Position numbers and translations under genes: made by a program. 64,000 nucleotides of DNA, from contig OZ241892.1 in assembly GCA_965203485.1 (NCBI GenBank), positions 1,600,001-1,664,000 of the forward strand. Direction: 5' to 3'. Under the pieces are notes generated by a model, which did no database searches, was not told where the DNA came from, and saw nothing but the letters and a program-made list of their open reading frames with translations. Source of the stretch: Longimicrobiales bacterium (GTDB lineage Bacteria; Gemmatimonadota; Gemmatimonadetes; Longimicrobiales; Gaopeijiaceae). Each line of letters starts with the position of its first letter. Position 1 is the stretch's first letter. Shown here piece after piece: positions 48,035 through 60,709 of the stretch.

Positions 48035-50161
48035 TCAGGCCGGGCTCCCGGCTCCCCCGGCGGCGCGGCTCTCTTCCCGCCCGGCCGCCTTCAAGGAGAG
48101 CCGCATGCGCCCCTTCTCGTCGATCGACAGCAGCTTCACGCGGACCACGTCGCCTCGTTGCACCACGTCCTCGGTCTTGCCGACCCGCTGGTCCGAGAGC
48201 TCCGAGATGTGGCAGAGTCCTTCGACCCCGGGCATGATCTCGACGAAAGCGCCGAAGGTCGTCGTGTTCTTGACCGGGCCTTCGTAGATGCGGCCCACTT
48301 CGGGGTCCTGCGCGATCGCCTCGACCATCTCGCGAGCTCGGTCGCCGGCTTCCTGCGAGACCGCCGCAATCTTCACGGTGCCGTCGTCGTCAACTTCGAT
48401 CGTGGCGCCCGTGTCGTCTTGGATCGCCCTGATGTTCTTGCCCTTGGGTCCTATGATGTCGCCGATCTTCTGCGGGTTCACGCGGATGGCCACGATGCGC
48501 GGCGCGTGCGGGGAGAGGTCCGCGCGCGGCGCGGCGAGCGCCGCGTCCATCTCGCCCAGGATGTGCATCCGGCCCTTGCGGGCGCGCTCGAGCGCGTCGG
48601 CGAGGACTTCGGTCGTCAGCCCTTCGATCTTGATGTCCATCTGAATCGACGTGACGCCCTTGCGCGTGCCCGCCACCTTGAAGTCCATGTCGCCCAGCGC
48701 GTCCTCGAGTCCCAGGATGTCCGTGAGCACCTCGAAGCGGCCGTCGTGCGCTACGAGTCCCATGGCCACGCCCGCGCATGCGGCGCGCAACGGCACGCCG
48801 GCGTCCATGAGCGACAGCGACGCGGAGCACACGGACGCCATCGACGACGAGCCGTTCGACTCCAGGATGTCGGAGACGATGCGGATCGTGTAGGGGAACT
48901 CGTCCGGGTCGGGCAGCAACGGGCGAATCGCGCGTTCGGCCAGGGCTCCGTGCCCCTTCTCGCGCCTCGAAGTCGCGCGGATCGGACGCGCCTCCCCGAC
49001 GGAGAACGGCGGGAAGTTGTAGTGGAGCATGAATGCCTTGGTGACCTGTTCCGCGGAGTCGATGGAGTCGATTCTCTGCTCGTCGCGCGACGTGCCCAGC
49101 GTCACCACGCCCAGCGACTGCGTCTCGCCCCGGGTGAAGAGCGCGGAGCCGTGAGTCCGGGGAAGCACTCCGGTCTCGCAGCCGACCGGACGGACATCGT
49201 CGGGCCCTCGCCCGTCGGCGCGCACGCCCTCTTCGAGGATCCGCGCCCGCACATGCTTCTTCTCCAACCCCCGCAAGACGTCGCGCACCGCGTCCGGCGG
49301 CGCTTCCACGCCGGGAGCGTCCTCTGCCAGGCGCGCCGCCACCTCGGCGGCCACCGACGCCAATGCGGCGTTCCGCTCCCGCTTGTCCGCGATCCGCGCG
49401 CCTTCGGCCACGCGCCCGTCCGCCAGCGCCTCCACGCGCTCCCGCAGGTCCGCGGCCACCGCCTTGGGCTCCCACGTCATCTCGGGCTGCCGGCGCGCCT
49501 CGATCAGTTCCTGCTGGAACTCGACCAGCTCCTGAATCGCCTGATGAGCCACGCCGAGGCCCTCGAGTATCTCGGTCTCCGGGACCTCGACCGCGCCGCC
49601 CTCCACCATCGTGATGGCCTTGGCGGAGCCAGCGACCACGATGTCCACGTCGGCGTATTCGAGCTGGCGGAAGGTGGGGTTGACCACCCAGTTGCGCTGG
49701 ATTCTCCCGATGCGCACCGCCGCCACCGGCGTGCGGAACGGAACGGCGGACGAGTTGAGGGCCACCGACGCGCCCAAGAGCGCCAGCACGTCGGCGTCGT
49801 TCTCCTGGTCGGCGCTCAGGATCGACGCGTGCACCTGCGTCTCGTGGAAGTAGCCGTCCGGAAACAGCGGACGGAGCGCCCGGTCCGTAAGCCGCGCCGC
49901 AAGAACTTCCTTTTCCTGCGGCGCCCCCTCGCGCTTGAAGAAGCCGCCGGGGATCTTGCCGCCGGCGTACGCCTTTTCGCGGTACTCGACCGTGAGGGGG
50001 AAGAAGGGCAGCGTCGTGGGCCTGTCTTGGGCGGTCGCCGTGACGAGCACGACGGTCTCGCCGAATTCCACGAGACAGGCGCCATGCGCCAAGCGGGCCA
50101 TGCGGCCCGATTCCAGCGCCAATCGCCTCCCGGCGAACTGGCGTTCAATTCTGTGCGTCAT
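48035..50161 (-). CDS. pnp: Polyribonucleotide nucleotidyltransferase
   Basis: FFPLTVEYREK, RTHGSALFTRGETQ, SNGSSSMAS, GDMDFKVAGT, KH and S1 domains. Confidence 0.98.
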   Translation of the reverse strand: MTHRIERQFAGRRLALESGRMARLAHGACLVEFGETVVLVTATAQDRPTTLPFFPLTVEYREKAYAGGKIPGGFFKREGAPQEKEVLAARLTDRALRPLFPDGYFHETQVHASILSADQENDADVLALLGASVALNSSAVPFRTPVAAVRIGRIQRNWVVNPTFRQLEYADVDIVVAGSAKAITMVEGGAVEVPETEILEGLGVAHQAIQELVEFQQELIEARRQPEMTWEPKAVAADLRERVEALADGRVAEGARIADKRERNAALASVAAEVAARLAEDAPGVEAPPDAVRDVLRGLEKKHVRARILEEGVRADGRGPDDVRPVGCETGVLPRTHGSALFTRGETQSLGVVTLGTSRDEQRIDSIDSAEQVTKAFMLHYNFPPFSVGEARPIRATSRREKGHGALAERAIRPLLPDPDEFPYTIRIVSDILESNGSSSMASVCSASLSLMDAGVPLRAACAGVAMGLVAHDGRFEVLTDILGLEDALGDMDFKVAGTRKGVTSIQMDIKIEGLTTEVLADALERARKGRMHILGEMDAALAAPRADLSPHAPRIVAIRVNPQKIGDIIGPKGKNIRAIQDDTGATIEVDDDGTVKIAAVSQEAGDRAREMVEAIAQDPEVGRIYEGPVKNTTTFGAFVEIMPGVEGLCHISELSDQRVGKTEDVVQRGDVVRVKLLSIDEKGRMRLSLKAAGREESRAAGGAGSPA

Positions 50162-50257
50162 TCTCTCTTCCGAGGTTGCCGCCGGGAAGCGGCGGCGAGT
50201 AGTTGCGCGCCAACGGGAAGGAAGCGCGGCGGCTTGGCCGCCTGCGCTCGCTCTCGC

Positions 50258-50515
50258 TCAATGGCGCAAGCCGAGGTCTTTGATCAGCTCCCGGTACCGC
50301 TCCACGTCGGTGCGCTTCAGGTACTCCAGGAGACGCCTCCTGCGCCCGACCATCTTCAACAGGCCCCGGCGGCTGTGATGGTCGTGCTTGTGAGCGTCGA
50401 AGTGCGCGCGGAGGTGATCGATCCTGGCCGTCAACAGGGCCACCTGGGCGGACGCGCCGCCCGGTCCCTTGCCGTCTTCGTGCTTGCCGATGATTTCCGC
50501 TTTGTCGATTCCCAT
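50258..50515 (-). CDS. rpsO: 30S ribosomal protein S15
   Basis: [35 protein letters not shown]; upstream of pnp. Confidence 0.96.
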   Translation of the reverse strand: MGIDKAEIIGKHEDGKGPGGASAQVALLTARIDHLRAHFDAHKHDHHSRRGLLKMVGRRRRLLEYLKRTDVERYRELIKDLGLRH

Positions 50516-50627
50516 GCGATTCCGTGCTCGGCGCGCCTTGCGCTTCGCCGACTGGGGCGCACCGGCGGCCGGTCCGTCTCGGCGCGCGCGTCTCCGTTCC
50601 GCGAACAGCAACCCGTAAAGCTAACCC

Positions 50628-51674
50628 CTAACCCGCCTCGACGCCCCGTTGGCCTTCCAGCGGGCCGTCTCGAGACGAGGAGCCCAGGGCTTCGCGCGCC
50701 CGGGCCACGTCTTGGCGCATCCGGACCGCCAGCGCCGCCGCGGACGGGAAGTCGGCCACGGGACGCAGGCGCTTGGCCAGCTCCACGCGGAGGCGTCGTC
50801 CGTAGATGTCGCCCTCGAAGTCGAGCAGGTGTATCTCGACGGAGTCGCCGGCGCCCGCGAAGACGGGGCGGGGGCCGACGTGCAGCGCGCCCATCAGGCT
50901 GGGACCGTCCGCGCCCGAACCCGGCGGCGACGCTCCGGCCACCGCCGCCCAGCACGCGTACACGCCGGGCGCGGGGACCAGCTTGTGCTCTCCCGCGATG
51001 CGGAGGTTGGCGGTGGGAAAACCGAGCGTCCTGCCCCGCCCGTGCCCCCGCTCCACGACGCCCTCGATGGAATAGAGCCGACCCAACCCCCGGTTCGCGT
51101 CGTCCAAGCGGCCATCCGCGAGCGCGCCCCGGATCGAGGACGACGACACGGGACGGCCGCCGGCCTCGAGCGCGGTCACGACATCCAGGCGAAAACCGGC
51201 CTCGTCCGCGATCGCGCGCAACGTGTCCGCATCGCCCGAACGCCCCCTGCCGAAGCCGTGGTTGTAGCCGATCACGAGTTCGCTCGCGCCCAGGCCCGCC
51301 AGCAGGACCTCGTGCACGAAGCGTCGCGGCGAGTAGTTGCGCAACTGCGGCGTGAACGGCAGGAAGACCGCGTAGTCGATGCCGCTCTCCGCGAGGATGG
51401 CCTTCTTCTCGTCCACCGTCGTAAGCAGGTCGGGCGCGGCCTCCGGGCGCACGACGCGCAGCGGATGCGGCTCGAACGTCACGAGCACGCTGGCGCCGCC
51501 GCGGGCACGGGCGCGGGCACGTATCTCGGCGAGCACGCGCCAATGGCCCCGGTGGACGCCGTCGAACGTGCCGACCGTGACCACGACGGGGCCGTCGCCG
51601 AACGGCAGGTCCGGGCGCGGCCGGCCGGGTCGGGGCGCCGCGGGCGCGGGCGCGGACCGGAGGGCGTCAGGCAC
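50628..51674 (-). CDS. ribF: Bifunctional riboflavin kinase/FAD synthetase
   Basis: GTFDGVHRGH, TFEPHP, VSSSSIR, GRTLGFPTAN, EIHLLDF. Confidence 0.96.
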   Translation of the reverse strand: MPDALRSAPAPAAPRPGRPRPDLPFGDGPVVVTVGTFDGVHRGHWRVLAEIRARARARGGASVLVTFEPHPLRVVRPEAAPDLLTTVDEKKAILAESGIDYAVFLPFTPQLRNYSPRRFVHEVLLAGLGASELVIGYNHGFGRGRSGDADTLRAIADEAGFRLDVVTALEAGGRPVSSSSIRGALADGRLDDANRGLGRLYSIEGVVERGHGRGRTLGFPTANLRIAGEHKLVPAPGVYACWAAVAGASPPGSGADGPSLMGALHVGPRPVFAGAGDSVEIHLLDFEGDIYGRRLRVELAKRLRPVADFPSAAALAVRMRQDVARAREALGSSSRDGPLEGQRGVEAG

Positions 51675-52560
51675 GGGCGAAGACCTTCTTCGGGCGAAGG
51701 ATGCCTTCGCTCACGCTGCAGACGGCGACCAGCTCGCCCGTCTTCGAGAACGCCGCGGCCGCGCCGGCGTCCGGGACCACGGCGCCGGCATCGCAGTCGG
51801 CGGCGGGAATTCGCCTGCCGCGCGCCAGCGCGGCGCAGGCCTCCGCGCCGACCCGGATCCGGGGCAAGTGGGCGAGCGCGTCGGCCAGCGGCACGCGCGC
51901 CGACGCCGGCGGCTTCCCGCGGCGAAGCGAGTCCAGCGAGGCCGCGCCGCGCACGCCGAAGCTCCCCGCGCTGGTGCGGCGCAGGGCCGCAAGGTGGCAT
52001 GCAGTGCCCAGACGCGCGCCGAGCTCGACGGCGAGCGAGCGCACGTAGGTCCCGCTGGAGCAGGACACTCGGAAGCGGACCTCCGGCAACGCGACGCCGA
52101 GCAAGTCCAAGGCGTGGACCGTGCAGGGGCGCGGCGCCAAGCGCACTTCTTCGCCCCGCCGGACCAGCCGGTGGGCCGCCGTTCCCCCGACCTTGACCGC
52201 CGAGAAGACGGGCGGCGGCAACCGGAGGGACCCCACCAAGCCGCGCGCCGCGGACTCGACGTCGGCGTTCGTCAGCGAAGTCCACCGCTCGTCCTCGGCC
52301 ACGAGGCGTCCTTCGGGGTCCTGTGTGTCCGTGGCCTGCCCAAGCCGAGCCGTGGCTTCGTATTCCTTGTCCAGGCCGGACAAGTATTCCAGGAGGCGCG
52401 TCCACCGCCCCAGGCCCAGAAGCAGCAGGCCGGTCGCGAACGGATCGAGCGTGCCCGCATGGCCGGCCTTGGACACGCGCAAGCCTCGCCGGGCGGCCGC
52501 CACCACGTCGTGCGAAGTGGGACCCGCGGGCTTGTCCGCCAGGAGAACGCATTCCGTCAT
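51667..52560 (-). CDS. truB: tRNA pseudouridine(55) synthase
   Basis: DKPAGPTSHDVV, GHAGTLDPFATG, CSSGTYVRSL. Confidence 0.96.
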   Translation of the reverse strand: MTECVLLADKPAGPTSHDVVAAARRGLRVSKAGHAGTLDPFATGLLLLGLGRWTRLLEYLSGLDKEYEATARLGQATDTQDPEGRLVAEDERWTSLTNADVESAARGLVGSLRLPPPVFSAVKVGGTAAHRLVRRGEEVRLAPRPCTVHALDLLGVALPEVRFRVSCSSGTYVRSLAVELGARLGTACHLAALRRTSAGSFGVRGAASLDSLRRGKPPASARVPLADALAHLPRIRVGAEACAALARGRRIPAADCDAGAVVPDAGAAAAFSKTGELVAVCSVSEGILRPKKVFARA

Positions 52561-52928
52561 GCGTCCTTCTCCCCTCCGGCGGGACCGGCCGGCAGCACGT
52601 CGGCCAGGATCGACTCGACTCGCCGCCCCGCCGCGGCCGAGTCGTCGCGCAGGAAGCGCAACTCCGGCATCCGCCGGACATGCAGCCCGGCGCCGATCCG
52701 CGAGCGCAGGAACGGCGCGGCCCGGCGCAGTCCCGCCAGGGTGCGATCCTGGGCGTCGGGCGAGCCGTGCAGCTCCACGTGCACGCGCGCCACCCAAAGG
52801 TCCTCGGTGACGTCCACGCCGGTCACCACGTGCGGGCCGACCCGCGGGTCTTGGACGCGCGCACGGATGGCGCTCGAGATCTCGCGGCGCAACTGCTCGC
52901 CCAGCCGGGCGCGGCGGCGGCCCGGCAT
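52557..52928 (-). CDS. rbfA: Ribosome-binding factor A
   Basis: VQDPRV, VDVTEDL, RRMPELRF..DDS; operon context. Confidence 0.93.
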   Translation of the reverse strand: MPGRRRARLGEQLRREISSAIRARVQDPRVGPHVVTGVDVTEDLWVARVHVELHGSPDAQDRTLAGLRRAAPFLRSRIGAGLHVRRMPELRFLRDDSAAAGRRVESILADVLPAGPAGGEKDA

Positions 52929-53218
52929 CACCAGCGGTCGGTGGAGCAACCCACGACGCGCACGCCTCTCGAGTCCGCCATCTCGCGGTCGACGGCGGCC
53001 AGCACGGCGTCCGCCTGAGCGTTGTGCGCGGCCAGAAACGCCACCGAGACCCTGGCCCGGTCGCGCGCCTCCTGCAGGCCGCACTCGGCCACGGAGACGT
53101 TCATGGCCGCCAATCGGTCCTTCAACGAGCGCAACGCCGAACGCTTCCGCTTGAGCGAGCGGGACCCGGGGATCTCGAGCTCCCAGGTGCCGACGGTGAC
53201 AATCGCGCGTCCGGCCAT
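52928..53218 (-). CDS. DUF503 (YlxP-like) protein
   Basis: IPGSRSLKRKRS...NVSVAE; lies between infB and rbfA. Confidence 0.88.
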   Translation of the reverse strand: MAGRAIVTVGTWELEIPGSRSLKRKRSALRSLKDRLAAMNVSVAECGLQEARDRARVSVAFLAAHNAQADAVLAAVDREMADSRGVRVVGCSTDRW

Positions 53219-53319
53219 TCAGCTTCCGGGCTGGCCGCGCCGGGCGCATCGCGGCGCGACGGCCTTTCCGGGCCCTACGGCGGCTTCAGGGCGGCGGTCG
53301 GAACGCCGGCGAGCGGCGC

Positions 53320-55913
<2,594 letters not shown>

Positions 55914-55914
<1 letters not shown>

Positions 55915-57266
55915 TACGTCGCCTCCTTGGCCTCCGCCGCGGGTTCGCTGGACGCGGATGCCGCAGCCTCGGAATCGACCACCGTCAGGTCCTCGATCAG
56001 CGACAGAAGGGCCGTTGCGGCTTCCTCGGTGACGCCCTCCACGGCCAGCAAGTCGGCCCGATCCAGGTCGATGATGTCCAGGAAGCTGCTGTAGCCGGCC
56101 TCTTCCAGAGCCGCCAGCGTCGTCTTGTCGACCGAGAGCTCGCTCAGCGGGAAGTCGGCGGTCTCGTACGCGGTTTCCTCGGTCTCGTCGTCGAAGATGG
56201 ACATGTCGGCCCCGCGCTCCATCCAGTCGCGCGATCCGAACAGGTCGATCTGCCAGCCGATCAGCTGCGACGCCAAGCGGACGTTCTGCCCGTTGCGCCC
56301 GATCGCAAGCGACAGCTGGTCTTCGTCCACGATCGCGGTGACGACTTGGCTTTCGCGGTCCGAGACCACCTTGGCCACTCGCGCCGGCGCCAGCGCCCGC
56401 CGGGCGAAGACCTCCGGCTCGGGATGCCACGGCACGATATCTATCCGCTCCCCTCCGAGCTCGGACACGACCGCCTGCACGCGCGAGCCCCGCAGGCCGA
56501 CGCAGGCCCCGACCGGATCGATCGAGTCGTCGCGGCTGTGGACCGCGATCTTGGTCCGGCCTCCCACCTCGCGCGCCAGCTCCTTGATCTCCACGATGCC
56601 CTGGTATATCTCGGGCACCTCGAGCTTGAACAGCGCGGCGACGAAGAGCGGGTCCGCCCTGGAGAAGACCAGCCGCGGCCCCTTGGACGTCTCCTCCACC
56701 TTCTTGAGCACTGCCCGGATCGACTCGCCCTGGCGGAACCGCTCTCGGTAGTTCTGCTCCTTCCACGGGATGACCGCCTCGGCCTCGCGCGAGCGGTTCA
56801 GCAGGAGAACCAGCTTGCCGCGCTCGATCTGCTGAACCTCGCCCGACAGCAGCTCGCCCACGCGCCCGCTGTACTCGTCGCGGATGCGCTGGCGCTCGCC
56901 TTCCCGCACCAGCTGCACGATGCGTTGCCGGGCCGCCATGACGGCGTTGCGTCCGAACGACGAGAACTCGACGGGGAGCTCCATGACGTCTCCCGTCTCG
57001 TACGTCGGATCGTCCCAGCGCGCCTCCTCCAGGGACACTTCCGTGGCCTTGTCGTCGACCGAATCGACGACCCGCTTGAGCACCACTATGTCGATGTCGC
57101 CCGCCACGTCGTCGACGGTGATCTCGGCGTCCACGGTCGGCCCGTGGATGCGGGCCAGCCCGGCCAGAATCCCTTCTCGGATGAGCTCGTTGACTTCCTC
57201 GGGCTCCAGGCCCTTGGCGGCAGCCACGTCCCTGAGCGCGGCGATCACGCGCCCCGTGTCCATCAT
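55914..57266 (-). CDS. nusA: Transcription termination/antitermination factor NusA
   Basis: FGRNAV, S1 and KH domains, [24 protein letters not shown]. Confidence 0.97.
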
Positions 57267-57350
57267 CGCCTCCCCGCGGGGGCGTGCCGAACCGGCGCCC
57301 AGAACCCCGTCCGATCTTCGTTCATCCGGCTCTCCGCCCGTCGCAGGGAC

Positions 57351-57383
57351 AAAAAAAGCGGGGGCGGACCCGCTCCCCCACTT
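57351..57383 (-). terminator. Terminator/attenuator-like hairpin in the nusA operon leader
   Basis: AAGTGGGGG-(10 nt)-CCCCCGCTT stem running into a T7 tract, upstream of nusA where a rimP leader hairpin is usually found. Confidence 0.7.
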
Positions 57384-57534
57384 CGGCCAGGGAGCGACAT
57401 GGCCGGCCGCCGCTCCCTCCACAGCTCCGAATATAGTGCCGCCGCCGGAGGGGAGCGACCCCAGCCGCCTCCGCTCGATTGGCCGGGCGCCACGGGCGCC
57501 ACGGGCGGCGCGCGCGCGTCGTGCTCCGCTTCGG

Positions 57535-58371
57535 TCACCTTCGCTGGACCGCTCGGCCCCGAGACAGCAGCGATCCGACGACGCCGAACCCGCCCGTCAC
57601 GTTCTGCACCGGATGGACGTCGTGCAGGGCGCCTTCGTGACCCGTCGTAAGGAATGCATGCAGGTGTCGTTCCACGGCCACGACCTCGAGAACAGCGTTC
57701 GGACCCGCCGCGTCGACGCTGCTTCGCGGCACGGAGCCGTCGTACTGCGTGCCGTCGATGTCGGCGTACCATGCGCGCTCGCAGGTGAGGCAAGTCGGGT
57801 CAAAGAGCCTTCTGATGCCCATGAAGTACCGGTGGGCGGCGGCGCTGGCCGTCCACTCGGCGGACAGCGACCGCGAGGCCAAGGCAGCCCGCACGACCTC
57901 GAAGTCGCCGACAACTTGGGTCTCGCCCCGGGCCGGCGAGCGTCCATCGGCCGTGACCTCGACGCGGTACGAAGCGCCCGCCTGCAAGCGAGCTTCGGGC
58001 TTGAAGCAATAGGCGCCGCGATCGGACAGGTTGACGAAGAGGGGCACGACCGTCATCAGTTCGCAGTCCTCTTGGTACGGATCTTGCCAATGGCCCACCG
58101 ACGCCCATTCGGGAGCGGAGGCGCCTTCTACGCGCTGGTGGATCGTCAGCTCGACGCCGGACAGATCCGGCCGGGCGACTCCGTCCGCGGCCGCGACCAG
58201 GACGTGGTGCCTCGACGTGTCCGGGAGCAACAGCGCGTAGACGATGAGTTGATCGCTCAGCGGGTCGGTCGGCCGCCGAGGCGCGGCCAGTTCGCCGCAG
58301 GCCCCGAGGCAGACCGCAACGACGGCCGCCCATGCGAAGCGGGGCCTGGGAACGACGCTGTTCTGGGACAT
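57535..58371 (-). CDS. DUF4249-like lipoprotein
   Basis: Lipobox LGAC, LIVYALLLP, GASYRVEV, C-terminal QNVTGGFGVVGS; directly follows a TonB receptor. Confidence 0.7.
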   Translation of the reverse strand: MSQNSVVPRPRFAWAAVVAVCLGACGELAAPRRPTDPLSDQLIVYALLLPDTSRHHVLVAAADGVARPDLSGVELTIHQRVEGASAPEWASVGHWQDPYQEDCELMTVVPLFVNLSDRGAYCFKPEARLQAGASYRVEVTADGRSPARGETQVVGDFEVVRAALASRSLSAEWTASAAAHRYFMGIRRLFDPTCLTCERAWYADIDGTQYDGSVPRSSVDAAGPNAVLEVVAVERHLHAFLTTGHEGALHDVHPVQNVTGGFGVVGSLLSRGRAVQRR

Positions 58372-58389
58372 TGATCGAAGCCCTTGGAG

Positions 58390-60699
58390 CTAGAACCGAA
58401 AGTCGATTCCTATGGTGGGCAGCACCGGAAGTTGCCGGATGCGCTCGAAGAAGAAGTCGCCGTCGCCCTCGTCCGGAAACTCCGTCAAGCCGGCAAACCG
58501 GTAGCCCAAGACGTTCCTGCGGTTGGCCAAGTTGACGACGGACAGATAGGGAGTCAATTCCCACGATCCCCAGCGAAACCCGCGCCGCGCGGCCAAGTCG
58601 AGGCGCGCATAGGTAGGCAACCTTGCCTGCACGTCAGACCAAATCGTGTACAAGTCGTCCGTCCACAACTGCACGCCTCCCCCGTCCTTCTCCGAATTGA
58701 CCAGGTCGATTCGCAGCGCTCCGTACTTGCCGGCCGGATACCAGAACGGCGTGCCGGTTCCCACGGTGGCGCGCAGAGAAAGCTCCACGCCGCCGGGCGC
58801 GAGCGCCACGGCCACGCCGTCCAGCTCGTGGCGCCGGTCCCACTGCGGACGGTACTCGGAACCCTCCGCGTCCGTGAACGCCGAACGCGCCCACTGATAC
58901 GATATCCATCCCCGTACCCGGCCGGAATGCCTCTGCACCATGACTTCCAAGCCGCGGGCCGCGCCGTCATGGAACTCCAGGCCCACTGCGTCCCGCGACT
59001 TGCTCGGGCGCCAATGCGGAGCGTCGGCAAACCGTCGCGTCCAACCCGCGACCGATGCGGTCCAACTCGCTCCGCGCCACAGATCCAGCGACACGCTGGC
59101 GCCGTCCGCGACCGACAAGGGCTGGTCGGCGCCGTGCACGAACCACATGGGCGCGCCGGGCTCCATGGCGTACGCGTCCCGGAACACGGAGAGGAACTGG
59201 TAGGTCCGGTCCACGCTGCCGCTCAAGGCGAATCCCGCCGTTTCGAGCCGCACTGAAAAGCGAGGCTCGACGAAGCTGCGCATGCTCTCGCGCTCGGTGC
59301 CGGCGCGCAGCCCAGGCGCGAACCGGAGCGGGCCAAGCCATCCCTCGATTTCGGCGAACGCCGACGCGTGGAGGTAGGAACGAGAGATCTCGCCGTCCAC
59401 GTATCCGCCGACGCCCGACGTCTCCAGGTCCGCTGGGCCGCCTTGGACGGCGACGCCCACGCGGGCGCCCTTCCGCTCGGCCCTGAAGGTCCACTCCGTG
59501 CGCAGTCCCAAGGCCGAGACAAGGTTGTCCGTCACGGGACTGCCCGGCGTGCCTCCCGTGCTGCGGGAACCCTTGTAGCGACTGTAGTACGCGGTCACCT
59601 CTCCGCTGGCACGGGCGTCGCGGACCCAGGACCACGTCGCGGAAGACGCCAAGTTGGTCCAATTCGAGCCGAACGAAGCGTCGTCGAGCCTCTGCGACAC
59701 CAAGTCCCAGGCAAACTCGTCGCGCGAGGCGAACACGGACAGGCGCAACCTGTGGTCTTCGGCCGGATGCATCGCCAGCGCGAAGTTCACGTCGCTGAAG
59801 GAGTACGGGACGTTGATCCGCGCCACGTCGGCCGACGCCACGCGGCCTGCGGCAAGCCAATGAAGCGAGCCCTCGGCCAGAGCGCCGTCGGCGGCGACGC
59901 GCAAGCCCAGGAGGCTGAGCCCGCCTTGCACTCGGGCGCCCTCGGTTCCGCCCGTTCGCTGGTGCGCGGACACGACGCCGGAAAGCGCCCCGCCGTAGCG
60001 CGCCGGAAGCGAACCGCGGTAGAACTCGGTCGATTCCACGGCGTCGGCATTGAAGGCGCCGAACAGGCCGAACATGTGGTAGGGCGCAAAGACGGGTGCG
60101 CCGTCGATCAGGACCGCCACTTGATCGCCGCCGCCGCCGCGCACGAACAGTTCGCCCGAATAGTCGTTTACGCTCGTCACGCCGGCGAACGCTTGCAAGC
60201 TGCGCACGAGGTCGGGCTCGGCCACTGGCGGCACCGCCTTGATCTCGGCGCGGGTCACGCCCAGCGCACCGACAGCGAGTTCGCGCTTGAAGAGAAGATG
60301 GTGCAGTTCGCGTGAAGTCGTTCTGCGTTCCGCCGCAATCGTCAGCGGAGCCAATGCGATGGCGGTCCGCTGAAGACGAAGCTCCACCACGCCCCCGTTC
60401 GCGGGAACGACGACCAGCGTGTCCAAGTCCGCGTAGCCCAGTCGGCTCGCCACCACGCGGACCTCGCCGCCGGCCCCCTGGCCCGGCGCCAGTCCGCCGG
60501 CGCCGGTGACCCTGGTCGCGCCGGTCTCGGGGAAGGCGACGAGCACGCCCTCCAGCGGGTTGCCCGTGGGATCGTCCAAGGCCCGAACGGCCCAGGCCCC
60601 CGGAGCGGGGACCTGGGCCAACGACGCGTGCGGCCGCGCGAGAACTCCCAGCGTCGCAACGAGCAGCGCCGCGGCCGATGCCGCGCGGGTCGCAGTCAC
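58390..60699 (-). CDS. TonB-dependent receptor
   Basis: Signal peptide, carboxypeptidase-regulatory-like domain (SRLGY), plug (EPDLVRSLQAFAGV, LFVRGG, LIDGAPV, PARYGGALSGV), barrel ending LPTIGIDFRF. Confidence 0.92.
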   Translation of the reverse strand: MTATRAASAAALLVATLGVLARPHASLAQVPAPGAWAVRALDDPTGNPLEGVLVAFPETGATRVTGAGGLAPGQGAGGEVRVVASRLGYADLDTLVVVPANGGVVELRLQRTAIALAPLTIAAERRTTSRELHHLLFKRELAVGALGVTRAEIKAVPPVAEPDLVRSLQAFAGVTSVNDYSGELFVRGGGGDQVAVLIDGAPVFAPYHMFGLFGAFNADAVESTEFYRGSLPARYGGALSGVVSAHQRTGGTEGARVQGGLSLLGLRVAADGALAEGSLHWLAAGRVASADVARINVPYSFSDVNFALAMHPAEDHRLRLSVFASRDEFAWDLVSQRLDDASFGSNWTNLASSATWSWVRDARASGEVTAYYSRYKGSRSTGGTPGSPVTDNLVSALGLRTEWTFRAERKGARVGVAVQGGPADLETSGVGGYVDGEISRSYLHASAFAEIEGWLGPLRFAPGLRAGTERESMRSFVEPRFSVRLETAGFALSGSVDRTYQFLSVFRDAYAMEPGAPMWFVHGADQPLSVADGASVSLDLWRGASWTASVAGWTRRFADAPHWRPSKSRDAVGLEFHDGAARGLEVMVQRHSGRVRGWISYQWARSAFTDAEGSEYRPQWDRRHELDGVAVALAPGGVELSLRATVGTGTPFWYPAGKYGALRIDLVNSEKDGGGVQLWTDDLYTIWSDVQARLPTYARLDLAARRGFRWGSWELTPYLSVVNLANRRNVLGYRFAGLTEFPDEGDGDFFFERIRQLPVLPTIGIDFRF

Positions 60700-60709
60700 G
60701 AGTCCACCG

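Noticed and set aside
46550..51355. 1601-aa plus-strand ORF and many other long antisense or off-frame ORFs (e.g. 6702-9797, 20025-22496, 25528-28788)
   Set aside because: Shadows of real genes in very GC-rich DNA; R/A/G/P-rich with no recognisable motifs.
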